From Verrucomicrobiales bacterium (GTDB lineage Bacteria > Verrucomicrobiota > Verrucomicrobiia > Limisphaerales > UBA1100), in assembly GCA_038145765.1 (NCBI GenBank), contig JAYQQG010000003.1, forward strand, positions 8,485 to 72,484: a DNA stretch of 64,000 nt. Reading direction: 5' to 3'. Below are positions 62,335 to 64,000 of this stretch, one piece after another; the stretch's first letter is position 1; each line of letters begins with the position of its first letter. The notes beneath the pieces were generated by a model. It was not told the DNA's origin. It did no database searches and was given only the letters and a program-made list of their open reading frames with translations. The position numbers were made by a program, and so were the translations under genes.

Positions 62335-62361
62335 GCGTCCCCACCCGGGGGCGCTTTTTTT
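62335..62361 (+). terminator. Intrinsic terminator of paralog D
   Basis: GCGTCCCC-ACCC-GGGGGCGC (one G-U pair) followed by T7. Confidence 0.7.
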
Positions 62362-62395
62362 GAGGCCGCATCCGATGGACGGCGTCTAATCGACT

Positions 62396-63010
62396 ATGAA
62401 ACGACTGGCGCTGTGGATGGGACTGTTGGGGTGGACATATTCCGGATGGAGCTTGGATATCGCCTTGCCCCCGGATGCCGGCAAAGGGCAGGTGGTGTAT
62501 CGGGCAAATGATGTGTGGCTGCAGTATGTGGACCTGCGGCCGCAGGCGGCATTGCGGCGCGACTGGGCAGGGAGGGCCGAGCACGGAACTTTGACCGAGG
62601 CGGTGTTGCTGCATACGAATGTGGAAACGGGCCGGGTGTTGCCGATCATGAAAACAGAAACCGGACGCGAATGGCGGACGCGTGCCGGCAGCATGTGGCA
62701 TTCCCGCATTATTGGGTTGGCGGTGGATGAGGCACGCATTTACGTGGCCCACTGGGCAATACGCGTGCGGGGGCGCGGGTTGAATCTGACTCAACCCAAT
62801 GAACCGGGACAACCGCCTATCAGCGGGGCCTACAGCGTCTCGGTCTTTGCACGGACGGATGGCAAACTGCTGCATTTGACGGCTGTGCCTGGCGGGCCAA
62901 ACGGATTGCCCGCGGTATCCCTCAAGAAAGGGCCGCTCAAACGGGTATCCGGCGGGGTGGATTGCCATGGCACGCAGGTGCGGTTTAATGGATTGCAGGT
63001 GCTGAAATAG
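62396..63010 (+). CDS. Hypothetical secreted protein
   Basis: 204 aa with a signal-like 'MKRLALWMGLLGWTYSGWS'. No family recognised. Confidence 0.45.
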   Translation: MKRLALWMGLLGWTYSGWSLDIALPPDAGKGQVVYRANDVWLQYVDLRPQAALRRDWAGRAEHGTLTEAVLLHTNVETGRVLPIMKTETGREWRTRAGSMWHSRIIGLAVDEARIYVAHWAIRVRGRGLNLTQPNEPGQPPISGAYSVSVFARTDGKLLHLTAVPGGPNGLPAVSLKKGPLKRVSGGVDCHGTQVRFNGLQVLK

Positions 63011-63116
63011 GCGGGTTATTGGCAGCGCATGCAGTTTTTGTGAATTAACATGAATCCTTTTGGACTGCGATTGCGTCTTTAGAAAGAGAAGCAAGGAGCA
63101 GGGTGTTTTCGGACGC

Positions 63117-64000
63117 ATGATTTCCCTCGGATTTAGAATCAAGTTGTTGTTAGCCATGTTGGCGGTGGTCGCATTGACCACGGTGGCATTTCTAATGGTG
63201 GCACTGCAACGGGTGGATGCGGCCAATGACCAGCTCTTTCGCTCCCGGGTTGAGGAACAGCTGAAATATCTGCCCCGCGAACAGGCCGAGCGCCTCGGCG
63301 AAGTGCGGCAGGTGATGGAGCAGTTTGCGGCGCGGGACAGTGTGCGCGTGGCGGTGGAGGAACGGGATGCGGATCGCCTGTATGAGCTGGCCCGCGAATC
63401 GTTGTTTAATGTGCTGCACGAAGAGTTACAAAAGCAGCGTACTCCCCTACATGGCGTGAATAACGGCACGGGGCCCCCGGTTATTCATGTCCCCCGCGGC
63501 CGGGGAGGAATGATTGCTTCGCATCTGGTTTTCTTGGGCGAACAGGGAGAGTTTCTATTACCCGAGTTGCGCCCCGGTGCCTACCTCTACAACCGGATGC
63601 AACGTGAATTCCGCAACAAACTGGACGCAATGTACAAGGGGTTGGTGGATTTAAACCAACCGGCAACCGGCTACGTTTCGGTGCCTGGCTTGAACGGAGC
63701 ACAGCGTCTCTTGGAAGTCCTCTGCCTGCCGGTTGACGCGCTCACGGGCGGCAGAAAGGTGGGCACCTTGGTGATGGCCTTTCCCGTGAATCGTCGCAGC
63801 GAGCAAACTTTGACCGAAGTGAGTGATTTGGCGACCGGGGTTTGGGTGGAGGGAGCCTTGCTCTCGAATGCGATCCCGGAGAAGGATCAGGCTCAAGTGG
63901 CGCATTGGCTGAAAACTCACGCCGAAGATTTATTAAAGGAAACAACCAAGCCTGCGCCACAGCTTTTGACTCTGAACAATACCCCTTATCGCGTGTTTAT
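63117..64000 (+). CDS. Membrane-anchored sensor-like protein, N-terminal part (runs off the window; absent from the ORF track)
   Basis: My manual translation from ATG 63117 gives 'MISLGFRIKLLLAMLAVVALTTVAFLMVALQRVDAANDQLFRSRVEEQL...' with no stop to base 64000. One TM helix followed by at least 260 aa of extracytoplasmic-looking sequence resembles the input region of signalling proteins. Confidence 0.55.
   Translation, partial: MISLGFRIKLLLAMLAVVALTTVAFLMVALQRVDAANDQLFRSRVEEQLKYLPREQAERLGEVRQVMEQFAARDSVRVAVEERDADRLYELARESLFNVLHEELQKQRTPLHGVNNGTGPPVIHVPRGRGGMIASHLVFLGEQGEFLLPELRPGAYLYNRMQREFRNKLDAMYKGLVDLNQPATGYVSVPGLNGAQRLLEVLCLPVDALTGGRKVGTLVMAFPVNRRSEQTLTEVSDLATGVWVEGALLSNAIPEKDQAQVAHWLKTHAEDLLKETTKPAPQLLTLNNTPYRVF

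Noticed and set aside
61377-63469. Long minus-strand ORFs 61377..62306 (309 aa) and 62306..63469 (387 aa)
   Set aside because: They lie antisense to paralog D, the secreted hypothetical and the sensor-like gene. Their composition (Arg/Pro/Ala/His-rich) and lack of motifs indicate shadow ORFs.
1-64000. Search for CRISPR arrays, rRNA genes, IS elements with inverted repeats and long tandem repeats
   Set aside because: Visual scanning found no regularly spaced direct repeats, no rRNA-like conserved strings and no transposase-like ORFs. Only the short integrase-like fragment at 57175-57372 hints at past mobility.

Overview
A roughly 60% GC chromosomal segment. The gene content (many prepilin-type H-X9-DG-like proteins, a MoxR/DUF58/BatA operon, DUF1080, PL10-like lyase, NHL and MORN repeat proteins) suggests the PVC superphylum, most likely a verrucomicrobium; this taxonomic call is inference only. 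I support about 60 protein-coding genes, one tRNA-Val(GAC), several intrinsic terminators, a PyrR attenuator and two type II toxin-antitoxin pairs. I saw no rRNA, no CRISPR array and no intact mobile element. Bases 1-52,000 are mostly housekeeping genes: aroB, rsmB, fabI, pyrR-pyrB, class I fumarase subunits, lpxA, radC, hflX-miaA-lspA-dnaN, two cysteine-desulfurase-like genes, uppP, xylA, a dus gene and an lptF/G-like gene. They are interrupted by a Bat-like MoxR-DUF58-vWA operon, an M16 peptidase pair, tandem porin paralogs and an orphan pseudopilin-vWA fusion. The most unusual part is 52-62.4 kb. It holds four paralogous prepilin-like genes, each a separate transcription unit with a -24/-12 (sigma-54 type) promoter, a shared upstream GCGTGAA/TGCGT element, an A/C-rich leader and a strong terminator. 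Two of the four are paired with convergent small acidic lipoprotein paralogs. The same region also holds a decayed fifth family member in a low-GC patch, an integrase-like fragment, and a ferredoxin / structured leader / radical-SAM / GT2 cluster. ORF starts were refined by eye from the supplied track, which uses the longest ATG/GTG/TTG ORFs. All family assignments come from motif recognition, not database searches.
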